Shown: positions 46,790 to 57,677, counted from the first letter of the stretch. The stretch is 64,000 nt of DNA from an uncultured Christensenella sp. (GCA_964434265.1 CAYSUK010000001.1:175126-239125), one strand, 5' to 3'. Notes: generated from the sequence alone by a model not told the origin. A program made the numbers and translations.

Positions 46790-47236
46790 CTAAATAAATA
46801 GATATATAATCCCAACAATTATTGATATAGCGACTCCATTAACAATTACTGGACCAGCTACAGTAAACATTTTCACACAAAGACCAAATATAATTCCTTC
46901 CTTTTTAAACTCAATAGCAGGGCTGGCAATTGAATTGGAAAAACCAGTAATCGGCACAATAGAACCTGCACCTGCAAAGACACCGATTCTGTCATACACA
47001 CCAAGACCAGTCAAAAAACTTGCCAAAAATATTAGTATTATTAGCATCCACGAAGTAGCTTCTTCCACCGTCATCGTTTTAAAAATAGCCATTAGACCAT
47101 TCATAATTCCTTGACCAATACAACAAATAAGTCCACCAATCAAAAACGCATAAATTAACGTTGGGAACTGTTTTGTTTGTGGGATCTTTTTCTCCAAATA
47201 TTCGTTATATTTTTTGTTACGTTCTTTACTATCCAT
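46790..47236 (-). CDS. spoVAC: stage V sporulation protein AC
   Basis: Membrane protein with GAGSIVPITGF. Start trimmed to the ATG at 47236 (MDSKERNKKY) after AGGTGG. Confidence 0.9.
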   Translation of the reverse strand: MDSKERNKKYNEYLEKKIPQTKQFPTLIYAFLIGGLICCIGQGIMNGLMAIFKTMTVEEATSWMLIILIFLASFLTGLGVYDRIGVFAGAGSIVPITGFSNSIASPAIEFKKEGIIFGLCVKMFTVAGPVIVNGVAISIIVGIIYLFI

Positions 47237-47342
47237 AAAACCACCTAAAAAATAATAGACACTCAAACAAAAAAATAAACACATTTTATATAAATATTTT
47301 CAAAAAAATGCAACAAAATATAACTAAAATATGGAGGCATAT

Positions 47343-49553
47343 ATGTTTAAAAAAGTTTTAAAATACACATTAAGTATATTACTGGTATGCATAATTTTAT
47401 CTGGATGCACCAGTCAAACAACTCAAGCACAAGTTGGCAAAAATTTAGACAAAAAGTTATCAAACCTATATAGTGTTGTCAAAAACCTAGACACAATTGA
47501 CAATAACTATATAAACAACCCTGATTTACAAATCGTAAACAAAAACTCAAAAAGTGTAAAAAATATTGATAATTTCACAAATTTATCTTTAAACAATCTA
47601 AATAATAAAAACTACATTAAGTTTGAAAACGAAACAAATGAAGTAGAAGATATCATTCAAGAGATAGTGGTAAACGAGCTTGAAAAAAGGCTTAGTCTAA
47701 ACAATAATGGATATTGTAACAACTGTAACAATAATTATGTTTGCGACGAAGATGGCTATTGTGCAAATTGTCATAATGCCATGTTATGTAACGAAAATGG
47801 TAATTGTATTTCATGTAACAACAAATTAACATTAAACGATACAAATACTTGCGAAAACTGTGGTAAAAGTTATCTAACAGCCAAAGTAAGTCAATTAAAT
47901 AATACAAGTCTTGGTGATGATAATGATGCAGTATCTGAACAAACTATAAACGATATAGATGACACACAATATCACATCACTCCACTCTCGACAATCGACA
48001 ATATTGATGACATTAGCGCTACTGATAACATTAGAACATCAGATACTACATCAATCAATACAGAAAATAATAATGACATTTCAAACCCTGTTTCGGAAAA
48101 TACTACAACAAAAGAAAATTTAAATGACACTACTAATACAATTGCACCAAATGACTTAATCAACAATTACGGCAAAGTAGATACAGCAGAAACAACAACT
48201 CAAGAAAAAAATAATGACAATCAAACTATTGAAGAAAACAATGCCATTCCAGATTTAAGAATTTATTACTACACAAATGACAGTTTTTCTCCAGTCAAAT
48301 TAAGATACAATCCAAGATTTGTAAACAGCTATGATGAAAACAATATTAATCAACAACTATCCAATTATCTTTATAAAGTTCAAAGATTATATGCAATGAC
48401 AGAAGACGCCTTAGAAGCAAACAATATCCTTAACACAACAAAACAAGAATTATTGGAATTAATAACAGAAATTAGAGAACTAAATGAAAATATAACAAAC
48501 GGGACATGCACGGCCACAATACAACAACTACAAGCACTTACAAATTATACTAGCGATATTAAAAACACAATTAAGAACCTTAAAAAATGTAATGGCGATT
48601 TAGAAAATGAAGTCTCAAATATTAATTCAAATATACCAAGCACAATCGCATCAAGTGTAGATGTTATGAACAGTAATTATGTAAAACTGATAAATCTTAT
48701 CGATACTCGAATTACCTATCACGAGAGCGCAATCTCAACTTTAGAGCAAATCAAATACTTATTAGAAGACGCAATTAATAGTTCTAATATAAGTGAAGAA
48801 GAAGTAAAGGATATAATCGAACAATTAAGCAGTCAAGAACAAAATATTAATTCAGAAACCACCACAAACGATGTCATGCAAAACAACAATATCGAATATA
48901 TAATGGAAGACAACGAAGCAAAAAATTACATCGACAAGGAAGCAATAACAGGTAACAATACCGAGCAAGAAAGTAGTGATAATATAATAGATGTATCGAC
49001 TCAAAAAAACAATACTGAAGAGCAATCGAAAAAAGAAACCAGTAAGACAATTAAGAATATTGACACATACAAAACACCATCAAACAATCAAATCAATTAT
49101 GATGTAGTACCAGAAAATAATTTTGTTAAAAATAATATCGCAAATGAAAATGATGTCATTTCAAATTCTGGCGAAAACACGCAAAACTACGTAAATAATA
49201 ACAACAACTCAAGTATTATTGACAATAACTATAATAATAATGACACAAACTCCACTTATGATGTAAATTATAGTGGAAATACAAATAATAGTTTATTAAA
49301 CGAAAATTACTACAAAAATAGTGTGATTAATCAAAATAATTTAAATAATAACGATGGTTATGGTGGATATTATTATGCAAATGATGGTCAAATCCACAAC
49401 AATGGAATTAACAATAACAATGAATATGGAAATAATGGCAACACCATTGAAAACAACTTAAACAGAAATAATAATACAAACACATATGGCTACAATACAA
49501 TGCTCGACATAATTAATCAAGGCACTGTAAATAATGGAATAAACACATTATAA
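47343..49553 (+). CDS. low-complexity Asn-rich lipoprotein with a Cys-rich CxxC cluster
   Basis: Lipobox LSGC after a hydrophobic signal sequence, ten Cys in aa 129-177, and an N/T/D/I-rich remainder. Start probably the ATG at 47343 (MFKKVLKY) rather than 47331. Confidence 0.6.
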   Translation: MFKKVLKYTLSILLVCIILSGCTSQTTQAQVGKNLDKKLSNLYSVVKNLDTIDNNYINNPDLQIVNKNSKSVKNIDNFTNLSLNNLNNKNYIKFENETNEVEDIIQEIVVNELEKRLSLNNNGYCNNCNNNYVCDEDGYCANCHNAMLCNENGNCISCNNKLTLNDTNTCENCGKSYLTAKVSQLNNTSLGDDNDAVSEQTINDIDDTQYHITPLSTIDNIDDISATDNIRTSDTTSINTENNNDISNPVSENTTTKENLNDTTNTIAPNDLINNYGKVDTAETTTQEKNNDNQTIEENNAIPDLRIYYYTNDSFSPVKLRYNPRFVNSYDENNINQQLSNYLYKVQRLYAMTEDALEANNILNTTKQELLELITEIRELNENITNGTCTATIQQLQALTNYTSDIKNTIKNLKKCNGDLENEVSNINSNIPSTIASSVDVMNSNYVKLINLIDTRITYHESAISTLEQIKYLLEDAINSSNISEEEVKDIIEQLSSQEQNINSETTTNDVMQNNNIEYIMEDNEAKNYIDKEAITGNNTEQESSDNIIDVSTQKNNTEEQSKKETSKTIKNIDTYKTPSNNQINYDVVPENNFVKNNIANENDVISNSGENTQNYVNNNNNSSIIDNNYNNNDTNSTYDVNYSGNTNNSLLNENYYKNSVINQNNLNNNDGYGGYYYANDGQIHNNGINNNNEYGNNGNTIENNLNRNNNTNTYGYNTMLDIINQGTVNNGINTL

Positions 49554-49596
49554 TTAGTTATTATTTCATAATTATATTTCATCGATAATATAAAAT

Positions 49597-49640
49597 AAAA
49601 GTACTCGATTTTGATCTCCAAAATCGAGTACTTTTATTTT
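49597..49640. terminator. bidirectional terminator (lipoprotein gene on +, sigF on -)
   Basis: Perfect 16-bp stem AAAAGTACTCGATTTT-gatctcc-AAAATCGAGTACTTTT. Confidence 0.8.
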
Positions 49641-50356
49641 ATAATCTCTTTCATTTTTTGCAATATCTTGCTTTCAAGCCTACTTATTTGAACTTGAGAA
49701 ACTCCAAGTTCTTGTGCTATTTCTTTTTGCGTTTTATCTCTAAAATATCTTAATATAATTATCTTCTTATCTCTTGGTGGTAAATTTTCAATCACCTTAT
49801 AAAGCACATGATTATCTATTTCGCTTTCAATTGGATTATCATTTTCGACCCTATCTATAAGTGTCATATCTTTTCCATCATCATCACCTATCGTCGCATT
49901 AAGTGAAACTATTTGTTTACTACTCTCCATCGCATACACCACATCGTATACGTCTACATCAAAATGTTTTGCGACTTCTTCAATACTAGGCGAACTATCG
50001 AAAGTATTTGTATATTCATCAATATATCTATTAATTTTTACCGATAAGGTTTTTATTTTACGCGAAATTTTTATAATCCCGTTGTCACGTAAATATCGTT
50101 TAATCTCACCAGCAATCATAGGTACTGCGTAAGTCGAAAATTTAACATTAAAACTACTATCAAAGTTGTTGATGGCTTTTAAAAAACCAAGACTGCCTAG
50201 TTGATACAGATCATCATACTCTATCCCCTTATTTAGATACAACTTTACTACGCTTTTGATAAGTGGTGAATTTTCATTTATCAATTTTTCTTTTGCTTCA
50301 TCATTATTCTTTTGTGCCTCTTCTATGAGTTTTAGTGTATGTGAAGCATCAAGCAT
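49634..50356 (-). CDS. sigF: sporulation sigma factor SigF
   Basis: Sigma-70 regions 2-4 (region 4.2 HTH QKEIAQELGVSQVQISRLE). Third gene after spoIIAA-spoIIAB. Start set to the ATG at 50356 (MLDASH) after GGGAGGA. Confidence 0.9.
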   Translation of the reverse strand: MLDASHTLKLIEEAQKNNDEAKEKLINENSPLIKSVVKLYLNKGIEYDDLYQLGSLGFLKAINNFDSSFNVKFSTYAVPMIAGEIKRYLRDNGIIKISRKIKTLSVKINRYIDEYTNTFDSSPSIEEVAKHFDVDVYDVVYAMESSKQIVSLNATIGDDDGKDMTLIDRVENDNPIESEIDNHVLYKVIENLPPRDKKIIILRYFRDKTQKEIAQELGVSQVQISRLESKILQKMKEIIK

Positions 50357-50357
50357 C

Positions 50358-50804
50358 TTATCCTCCCACAACCATATTCACAACGTTTAGTTTTTTAGAC
50401 ATCGACACTATCACACCTTTACCAACACTCGACACAACATCTACACTATCCATAAAACCTTCCATAACAGTAAAACCCATACCGCTTCGCTCTGAGTTTG
50501 GCTTTGATGTGTAAAAAGGTTGTTTTGCTTTGTTTATGTCTTGAATGCCAATGCCATAATCCGTAACCGTTATGTAAATTTCATTATTACTGAGTTTTAC
50601 ATTTATTATTACATCTCCGACGGTGTCTGGATATGCATGAACGATTGAGTTTGTAATAGCCTCACTCAATGCAGTTTTTATATCACCTATTTCTTCCATT
50701 GTTGGATTTATGACAGCAACAAAACTAGCCACACTCATACGTGCAAAACTTTCGTTCTCTTTTATTGCCTTAAATCTTAATGTCATTTCATTACTATATC
50801 CCAT
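50358..50804 (-). CDS. spoIIAB: anti-sigma F factor / serine kinase SpoIIAB
   Basis: HATPase_c motifs (EAITNSIVHAY, DYGIGI, GMGFTVM). Confidence 0.9.
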   Translation of the reverse strand: MGYSNEMTLRFKAIKENESFARMSVASFVAVINPTMEEIGDIKTALSEAITNSIVHAYPDTVGDVIINVKLSNNEIYITVTDYGIGIQDINKAKQPFYTSKPNSERSGMGFTVMEGFMDSVDVVSSVGKGVIVSMSKKLNVVNMVVGG

Positions 50805-50812
50805 ATCATCTC

Positions 50813-51121
50813 CTAACTTATTTTGGGCATAATCTCGTACAACCCACTCATATTAAATATTCTTTCAATTTGACTATTAGCATTTGTAATATAAATGCTT
50901 TTATTTTTGTTTTTCAATAATTTGTATCTACCTATCAATACACCAATTCCCGTACTATCCATAAATTCCAGTTGTGATAAGTCATATATAAGTTTATTAA
51001 AAACACTTTCTTTTATTATCTTGTCGAGAATTTGTCGAGTATAACCGGCAGTATACTCATCTAGTTCACCACAAAGCATAATATATAGCGTGTTATTGTA
51101 TAGTTTTTTCTTAATTTGCAT
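50813..51121 (-). CDS. spoIIAA: anti-anti-sigma F factor SpoIIAA (STAS domain)
   Basis: STAS domain with FMDSTGIGVLIG. Start trimmed to the ATG at 51121 (MQIKKK) after GGAGGG. Confidence 0.85.
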   Translation of the reverse strand: MQIKKKLYNNTLYIMLCGELDEYTAGYTRQILDKIIKESVFNKLIYDLSQLEFMDSTGIGVLIGRYKLLKNKNKSIYITNANSQIERIFNMSGLYEIMPKIS

Positions 51122-51249
51122 ATGCCCTCCTATATCTAAAAACATTATATCAAATATAGATTTGAAAAGATTTGGAAGTTATGTCGAAACAGCACTTTTT
51201 ATGTAAAATAAAAATTATTAAATATATGCTTAAATTTTGCTAAAATCCC

Positions 51250-51278
51250 TTGACAATGTCGATACAATATAGTAAAAT
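51250..51278 (+). promoter_or_regulatory. promoter of the tRNA cluster
   Basis: TTGACA (51250-51255), 17 nt, then TAAAAT (51273-51278). Confidence 0.55.
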
Positions 51279-51303
51279 CTTCTCGTTATCATAGAAAACA
51301 TTT

Positions 51304-51380
51304 CGGGGTGTAGCGCAGTTTGGTAGCGCACTTGATTTGGGATCAAGGGGCCGGGAGTTCGAGTCTCTTCACCCCGACCA
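51304..51380 (+). tRNA. tRNA-Pro (anticodon TGG)
   Basis: Acceptor CGGGGTG/CACCCCG, anticodon arm CTTGA-TTTGGGA-TCAAG, T-loop TTCGAGT, encoded CCA. Confidence 0.9.
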
Positions 51381-51395
51381 ATATTTTTATGATAA

Positions 51396-51472
51396 GGGCG
51401 TTTAGCTCAGTTGGTTAGAGCAACCGGCTCATAACCGGTCGGTCCGGGGTTCAAGTCCCTGAACGCCCACCA
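51396..51472 (+). tRNA. tRNA with CAT anticodon (elongator Met or lysidine-modified Ile2; body resembles Ile2-type)
   Basis: Acceptor GGGCGTT/AACGCCC, anticodon arm ACCGG-CTCATAA-CCGGT, T-loop TTCAAGT, encoded CCA. Confidence 0.85.
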
Positions 51473-51481
51473 TAAAAGTCT

Positions 51482-51558
51482 GGCCTGGTAGTTCAGATGG
51501 TTAGAACGCTAGCCTGTCACGCTAGAGGTCGTGGGTTCGATCCCCATCCAGGTCGCCA
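51482..51558 (+). tRNA. tRNA-Asp (anticodon GTC)
   Basis: Acceptor GGCCTGG/CCAGGTC, anticodon arm CTAGC-CTGTCAC-GCTAG, T-loop TTCGATC, encoded CCA. Confidence 0.9.
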
Positions 51559-51568
51559 TTCATAATGT

Positions 51569-51644
<76 letters not shown>

Positions 51645-51668
51645 TTTATGAACTATAAAACTAAATAT

Positions 51669-51744
<76 letters not shown>

Positions 51745-51756
51745 TTTTTTAAATAT

Positions 51757-51841
51757 GGGAGGATTGCAGAGTGGCCAAATGCAACGGACTGTAAATCCGT
51801 CGTCTCCGACTTCGATGGTTCGAATCCATCTCCTCCCACCA
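51757..51841 (+). tRNA. tRNA-Tyr (anticodon GTA), long variable arm
   Basis: Acceptor GGGAGGA/TCCTCCC, anticodon arm ACGGA-CTGTAAA-TCCGT, long variable arm, T-loop TTCGAAT, encoded CCA. Confidence 0.9.
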
Positions 51842-51870
51842 AAAGTCCTTATTTGATAAGGTCTTTTTTT
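51842..51870 (+). terminator. terminator of the tRNA cluster
   Basis: CCTTAT-ttg-ATAAGG hairpin followed by T7. Confidence 0.55.
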
Positions 51871-51929
51871 ATTTATTTTTGCACAAAAAAAACAACCGAT
51901 TATATAAGTCAGTTGTTTTTTATGTATAA

Positions 51930-52733
51930 TTATTCATTTATATTATCAATAATATTTTTAATTTGTTTGTCTATTTGACTCCCTTCACGATAATCAGAGT
52001 CAGCGATATAGTTTACTCGCCCATCTTCAAGAATTTGTTTTGCCTTATTTTCGCTTCTAGGGTCAGAAGCCGAATACAAGCAAAATGAATTGCCACCTTT
52101 ATCCTTTACTATCTTCATACAAGGTATGTCCGTAAGTCCATCGCCCATATATATCATGTTTGAATAAGGAACTACTTCTTGGTGTGGATATTTTACATTT
52201 ATCTTACTATCATCAGTGATATCATCAATAAGATTTTTCTTAATACGGAAAATATATTGAGTTTTTGAAGTATAATTTATAGAAAATGCTGGCCATAGTG
52301 CTACCCCACTATCATCATAAGCATAACTTGAAGCAAAAACCTTTCGAAAATGGCTAAATATCTTACTTCCTTCAATAATTTCGTAGATGCCACTACTTAT
52401 TATATAGTGCTCGACAACTACTCCTTTTGAAAGACCGTATCTATTTATTCTTTCAAACCAATCTTCTACGCCAGGGAAATATTCGATTTTTTTGCCGATA
52501 GAATTCAATGATTTTCGTGTCAAGGCCCAATTATTTTTCTTCGACAACTCAACCATCGAATACATAAAAGACAATTCTCTATCCATACCATATTTGCCAG
52601 TCAGTGTATTATTGCAATAATCCCAGTAGTCGTCACTATTTCTAAAACCCAATTTTTTAATAAGACCATACTCCGACATGCACTTTGGAGAAAGTGTTTG
52701 GTCCCAATCATACATAATTACTAATTTTTTCAT
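51930..52733 (-). CDS. HAD-superfamily hydrolase-like protein
   Basis: N-terminal DxDxT-type motif (MYDWDQTL) and a late GDGLTD motif. Confidence 0.6.
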   Translation of the reverse strand: MKKLVIMYDWDQTLSPKCMSEYGLIKKLGFRNSDDYWDYCNNTLTGKYGMDRELSFMYSMVELSKKNNWALTRKSLNSIGKKIEYFPGVEDWFERINRYGLSKGVVVEHYIISSGIYEIIEGSKIFSHFRKVFASSYAYDDSGVALWPAFSINYTSKTQYIFRIKKNLIDDITDDSKINVKYPHQEVVPYSNMIYMGDGLTDIPCMKIVKDKGGNSFCLYSASDPRSENKAKQILEDGRVNYIADSDYREGSQIDKQIKNIIDNINE

Positions 52734-52934
52734 ATCTCTTCACCTACTATATTATAACAAATTATTTAATAGTTGTAAATACTATAATAATAATTTAAAT
52801 TCTTATATTTATGCACGCAATGTTATAAATATTAAATATGTAAGAATAATTCTATTTTTAATATTTACTTGTAAAATTTTTGTTTATATAATATAATATA
52901 CTAAATAATATTATATAACAGAGAGCTACAAAAT

Positions 52935-53897
52935 ATGAAGTGTTTATTTGTATATAATCCAAACAGCGGAAAAAGTGGATTACAAAAGAGAATTGACTAT
53001 ATAAAAACTGAACTCAGTAAAATATATGATGAAGTAGATTATCATCCGACCGAATATCGTGGTCACGCAAGAGAAATTGCACGAGACGCTTGTGGAAAGT
53101 ACGACTATTTAGTTGTGTCAGGTGGTGATGGAACATTTAATGAGATTGTAAATGGTGTCGCAGAACAAGCGAATGCTCCTATTATAGGCTATCTCCCATC
53201 AGGAACTGTCAACGATATCTCCCGCTCACTCAGAATCCCACGCAATCTCAAAAAGGCAATCAACGTACTTAAATCAAACAATATCTACGAACACGACATT
53301 TTCAAATCAAATGGCGATTATGGAATATACTTTTGTGGTGCTGGTGCATTTACAAGTTCGAGTTATGACACAACCCAAAAGAATAAAAAATTTTGGGGCA
53401 AGGTCGCATATTTTTTCCACGGTGTAAAGGAACTCTTTGACATAACTGATTTTAATGTCAAAATCACTCGTGACGGGCGGACTCTTGCTGATGACAAATA
53501 CATAATGATGCTTATTCTAAACTCACGTTCGACAGCAGGATTTATACTAAATAGTCATGCAGATTTGTCAGATGGCACCGTCGATGTAGTACTCATCAAA
53601 CGTAAAAATAATAAATTTTGGAATAGATTAAAATCACTCCTTACAATGGCTAAAATATTTTTGTTTGACATAAAATCAGTAAAAGATGGACCAAATGTCA
53701 CAAAACTAGCATTGGACGAATTTACTATTCATACAAGTAAACGTCTTATTATAAATGTCGACGGTGAAAAGGGTTCATATGGCAATATGCAATTTAAGAC
53801 ACTTAATAAAGCCATCAAGATTGTAGTCCCTGAAAAAACATTATTGTCTCAAGCAAAAGTTAAAATTAAACACAAAACAGAATTAACAAAGATGTAA
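52935..53897 (+). CDS. diacylglycerol/lipid kinase (DagK/YegS family)
   Basis: NPNSGK N-terminus and the GGDGTFNE catalytic motif. 320 aa. Confidence 0.8.
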   Translation: MKCLFVYNPNSGKSGLQKRIDYIKTELSKIYDEVDYHPTEYRGHAREIARDACGKYDYLVVSGGDGTFNEIVNGVAEQANAPIIGYLPSGTVNDISRSLRIPRNLKKAINVLKSNNIYEHDIFKSNGDYGIYFCGAGAFTSSSYDTTQKNKKFWGKVAYFFHGVKELFDITDFNVKITRDGRTLADDKYIMMLILNSRSTAGFILNSHADLSDGTVDVVLIKRKNNKFWNRLKSLLTMAKIFLFDIKSVKDGPNVTKLALDEFTIHTSKRLIINVDGEKGSYGNMQFKTLNKAIKIVVPEKTLLSQAKVKIKHKTELTKM

Positions 53898-53927
53898 AAA
53901 ATACTTTGGCAAAGCCAAAGTATTTTT

Positions 53928-55583
53928 TTAAAATAAACCTTCTATAATTAAATCATTGTCAATATGCATATTCACAGCAGCAGGAGTTTTGGATAGTCCC
54001 GGCATGAGCATCATATCGCCAGCAAGTGCGACGATAAATTTTGCGCCGTTACGAATTTCCAAGTCTCTTATTGTAATAGTAAAATCTTGTGGTCTACCTA
54101 GCAGATTTTTATTGTCAGAAAGCGAATATTGGGTTTTTGCAATAACAACTGGGTAGTGACTAAGTCCGAGTTCATTTATGTTTTTAAGACTCTCTTTTGC
54201 CTTATCTGTCAAAACAACACCATTTGCACCATATATTTTTGTAGCAATTTTTGTTATTTTCTCTTCAATACTATCTACATTATCGTACGCAAATGCAAAC
54301 TTAGAGTTGTCTGAATTGCATAGCTCGACTACTTCTTTTGCAAGGTCTATTGCACCCTTTCCGCCTTTTCCAAAAACATTTGAAAGTATCGCCTTAACTC
54401 CAAGCTTTTCAACTTCTTCTTTAACAATATTTATTTCGTTTTGTGTATCATCACTAAATTGGTTTATCGCACAAACAACAGGCAATTTGTATACGTCTTT
54501 AATATTTGAGATATGTTTTATTAAGTTTGGCAAACCCAGTCTTAATGCGTCGACATTCTCTTTTTTAAGTTCGTTTTTATCGACACCACCATGTAGTTTT
54601 AATGCACGGATTGTAGCAACGACAACTACACAATTTGGCTTTAATCCCGAGACTCTGCACTTTACATCTAAGAATTTCTCAGCACCAAGGTCGGCACCAA
54701 AACCAGCTTCAGTAACACAATAGTCGGCAAGTGACATTGCCAGACGTGTCGCATTGTTTGAATTGCAACCATGTGCTATGTTTGCAAATGGACCACAATG
54801 CACAATAGCAGGAGTCCCAATAAGTGTTTGAACAAGGTTTGGTCTGATTGCATCTTTAAGCAGAATAGCCATTGCATCTTGTGCATGCAAATCTTTTGCA
54901 TAAACAGGTTTGCCGTCCATATTAAGACCAATCATAATATCACCAAGACGTTTTTTCAAGTCTTCTATATCACTCGCAAGACAAAGTATAGCCATCACTT
55001 CGCTTGCACTAGTGATATTAAATCCGTCCATACGCGGAACACCATTTGTTTTTCCACCAAGCCCGCATTCGATTTGACGTAATGCTCTATCATTCATATC
55101 AACACAACGCTTGTGAAAAATATGATTTGTGTCAATATTAAGTAAGTTCCCTTGGTGAATGTGATTATCTATCATTGCAGATAATAAATTATTTGCACTA
55201 GTTATTGCATGAAAATCACCTGTAAAGTGAAGATTTATGTCTTCCATAGGCACGATTTGGCTGTATCCACCACCAGTCGCACCACCTTTAATTCCAAAAA
55301 CTGGTCCAAGTGATGGTTCTCTCAAAGCAAGGCAAACCTTTTTACCTATTTCACTAAGCCCATCAGCAAGCCCAATACTTACAGTAGTCTTGCCTTCACC
55401 AGCACTTGTTGGATTTATGGCAGTTACAAGAATAAGTTTTCCCTTAGGATTGAGTTTGTCGATACTCAATTTAGCTTTGTACTTTCCATAAAGTTCGAGT
55501 TCGGACTCTTTGATTTTAAGTTTTTTTGCCACCTTAACTATCGGCAAATATTTAGTATTTCTTGCAATTTCAATATCTGTCAT
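53928..55583 (-). CDS. fhs: formate--tetrahydrofolate ligase
   Basis: 551 aa, P-loop [10 protein letters not shown], highly conserved FTHFS sequence throughout. Confidence 0.95.
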   Translation of the reverse strand: MTDIEIARNTKYLPIVKVAKKLKIKESELELYGKYKAKLSIDKLNPKGKLILVTAINPTSAGEGKTTVSIGLADGLSEIGKKVCLALREPSLGPVFGIKGGATGGGYSQIVPMEDINLHFTGDFHAITSANNLLSAMIDNHIHQGNLLNIDTNHIFHKRCVDMNDRALRQIECGLGGKTNGVPRMDGFNITSASEVMAILCLASDIEDLKKRLGDIMIGLNMDGKPVYAKDLHAQDAMAILLKDAIRPNLVQTLIGTPAIVHCGPFANIAHGCNSNNATRLAMSLADYCVTEAGFGADLGAEKFLDVKCRVSGLKPNCVVVVATIRALKLHGGVDKNELKKENVDALRLGLPNLIKHISNIKDVYKLPVVCAINQFSDDTQNEINIVKEEVEKLGVKAILSNVFGKGGKGAIDLAKEVVELCNSDNSKFAFAYDNVDSIEEKITKIATKIYGANGVVLTDKAKESLKNINELGLSHYPVVIAKTQYSLSDNKNLLGRPQDFTITIRDLEIRNGAKFIVALAGDMMLMPGLSKTPAAVNMHIDNDLIIEGLF

Positions 55584-55595
55584 AATACTCCCCCG

Positions 55596-56213
55596 TTATT
55601 TATTTTTCTTTTTTCGATTGTTTTCCCTTAATTCATTAAACACTTCTGTAATGTATACAGTAGCTTTTTCGATAAGTTCTTTATCGACTTTCTTGTCTTT
55701 AAATTCTTCCATTTCGCTAAGGTTAAAGGCTTTTCCAACGACCATCTTGTTTGGCCTAAATAGCCTAGGTTTTTTAACAATTATACAAGGAACAATTGGA
55801 CTTTTGGTCTTTAGTGCAATCATTGCAAGCCCAGTTTTAACTTCTCCACCTTCTTCACTACTAACACGAGTTCCTTCTGGGAACATGCAAATCGCCTTTC
55901 CTTCGTTTAGATACTTAAAAGTGTTTTTAATTGCATTAATATCATTTGCGCCACGGCTTATAGGATACGCACCAAACTTTTTCAAAATCCAGCCCACAAA
56001 CTTATTTTTTTCAAAAGCTTCTCTTTTGCACATAAATTTGTAACGTCTACGATAAAGTGTCGAAGCGATAACAAAAGCATCGGCATTTGATTGGTGATTG
56101 CAAGCAAGTATCATCTTGCCTTTTCTAGGAATATTTCGTCTGCCTTTAGCACCCATAAGAAACAATATTCTTATAGGCAATGCAGCCAATACAAAACATA
56201 TAAAATATAACAT
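55596..56213 (-). CDS. plsC: 1-acyl-sn-glycerol-3-phosphate acyltransferase
   Basis: Acyltransferase motifs NHQSNAD (HxxxxD) and FPEGTR. Confidence 0.8.
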   Translation of the reverse strand: MLYFICFVLAALPIRILFLMGAKGRRNIPRKGKMILACNHQSNADAFVIASTLYRRRYKFMCKREAFEKNKFVGWILKKFGAYPISRGANDINAIKNTFKYLNEGKAICMFPEGTRVSSEEGGEVKTGLAMIALKTKSPIVPCIIVKKPRLFRPNKMVVGKAFNLSEMEEFKDKKVDKELIEKATVYITEVFNELRENNRKKKNK

Positions 56214-56872
56214 TATTTCTCCTTGATATACGACAACATTTTGTCCACAACTTCATCGATAGTCATATTCGACGAGTCAATATAAATAGCATCTTTTACT
56301 CTCACAAGTGGAGAAACGGTACGGGTTTTGTCGATATAATCACGTTCGGCAAGACTCTTAGTGACTTCTTCCAATGTGAGTGGCTCACCACGATTTATGT
56401 AATCGGCATAACGACGTTTTGCCCTTACTTCAAGTGATGCATCAAGAAAGAACTTGTACTTTGCGTTTGGCAAAACAACAGAACCAATATCACGGCCTTC
56501 GATTACAAGACTGTGATGTTTTGCAATATCCAATTGGGTATCCAAAACAAACTCTCTAAGCCCGACATGTTTTGACACATGGGCAGAAGCACGAGTAACA
56601 TCAGCCGTATACAATTTGTCGTTTATATCCACATCATCAAGTAGTGTCACTTGAATGCCATTTTCATACCTGACACTAATTTTGTGCGACCTAATTTTCT
56701 CCAAAATCGCATCACCATCATCAATAGAAATGCCGTTTTTGATTGCAAAATAACCTACTGCACGATAAAGTGCACCCGAGTTTAAGTGCAAAATTCCTAG
56801 TTTTTCACTGAGCCTATCGCTGACTACTCCTTTTCCTGATGCTGATGGACCATCGATTGCTATTGCATACAT
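56213..56872 (-). CDS. cmk: cytidylate kinase
   Basis: IAIDGPSASGKG P-loop. Start trimmed to the ATG at 56872 (MYAIAIDG). Confidence 0.92.
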   Translation of the reverse strand: MYAIAIDGPSASGKGVVSDRLSEKLGILHLNSGALYRAVGYFAIKNGISIDDGDAILEKIRSHKISVRYENGIQVTLLDDVDINDKLYTADVTRASAHVSKHVGLREFVLDTQLDIAKHHSLVIEGRDIGSVVLPNAKYKFFLDASLEVRAKRRYADYINRGEPLTLEEVTKSLAERDYIDKTRTVSPLVRVKDAIYIDSSNMTIDEVVDKMLSYIKEK

Positions 56873-56876
56873 ATTA

Positions 56877-57578
56877 TCACCTCTCAAAAATCATATTTTT
56901 TTCTTTTTCTGTAAGTTTTCTATAAGATTTTAATGGCAAACTACCAAGTTTTAATTTGCCTATACTAATTCTTGTAAGCAAAAAGACCTTATACCCTATC
57001 GCTTCAAACATGTTCCTAATCTCACGATTTTTGCCTTCATTTATCGTGACCATAACCGAATACAAACCATCTTCAAAGACCGGTCTCGTAACAATCGCTG
57101 GAGCATATTTGACACCATTATATTCAACACCTTGTCTAAGCATGTCAAGCTTGTTTGTATGTGGTCTTACCTTCAACATAACTTTGTATGTCTTGCTTAC
57201 ATTGTTGCTTGGGTGTATAACCTTGTTTGCCCATTCACCATCGTTTGTAAGCAACAACAATCCTTGTGTATTGTAATCTAGCCTTCCAATAGGATATATC
57301 CTTACATCGGTTTTTATAAGGTCAAGTACAGTCGGGCGATTTTGCTCGTCACTTACCGTACACATATAACCCTTTGGCTTGTTTAACATGTAATATACAA
57401 ATTGTTGTTCTAGTTTTACGACTTTACCTTTATATGTAACAACATCATTGTCGTTTACATTAGTCGCAAGACTGTCCACAACAACTCCGTTTATGGTAAT
57501 GTCTTTATTTTTTATAAGTTCTTCGGCTTTACGTCTACTACATAAGCCACTGTGTGCTAAGTATTGATTTATACGCAT
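56877..57578 (-). CDS. rluB: 23S rRNA pseudouridine synthase (RluB/RsuA family)
   Basis: S4 domain (MRINQYLAHSGLCSRR) and catalytic PIGRLDYNTQGLLLLTNDG. Start trimmed to the ATG at 57578 after GGAG. Confidence 0.85.
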   Translation of the reverse strand: MRINQYLAHSGLCSRRKAEELIKNKDITINGVVVDSLATNVNDNDVVTYKGKVVKLEQQFVYYMLNKPKGYMCTVSDEQNRPTVLDLIKTDVRIYPIGRLDYNTQGLLLLTNDGEWANKVIHPSNNVSKTYKVMLKVRPHTNKLDMLRQGVEYNGVKYAPAIVTRPVFEDGLYSVMVTINEGKNREIRNMFEAIGYKVFLLTRISIGKLKLGSLPLKSYRKLTEKEKNMIFER

Positions 57579-57636
57579 AAAATTCTCCAATAGTATTGTA
57601 CCCTATCTAAGACAAATAAGCAAACAAAAGACAACA

Positions 57637-57677
57637 AAAAACACTCACTATTGTACTTTTTATAGTGAGTGTTTTTA
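57637..57677. terminator. terminator downstream of the D-Ala-D-Ala carboxypeptidase gene
   Basis: 12-bp stem AACACTCACTAT-N10-ATAGTGAGTGTT with flanking A and T runs. Confidence 0.7.

Noticed and set aside
52884-52918. 11-bp inverted repeat TTATATAATAT ... ATATTATATAA upstream of the lipid kinase gene
   Set aside because: It is composed only of A/T in an extremely AT-rich promoter region, so it is likely to arise by chance. There is no supporting second copy.
54178-56043. 181-aa and 177-aa plus-strand ORFs opposite fhs and plsC
   Set aside because: They are shadow ORFs of well-supported minus-strand genes.
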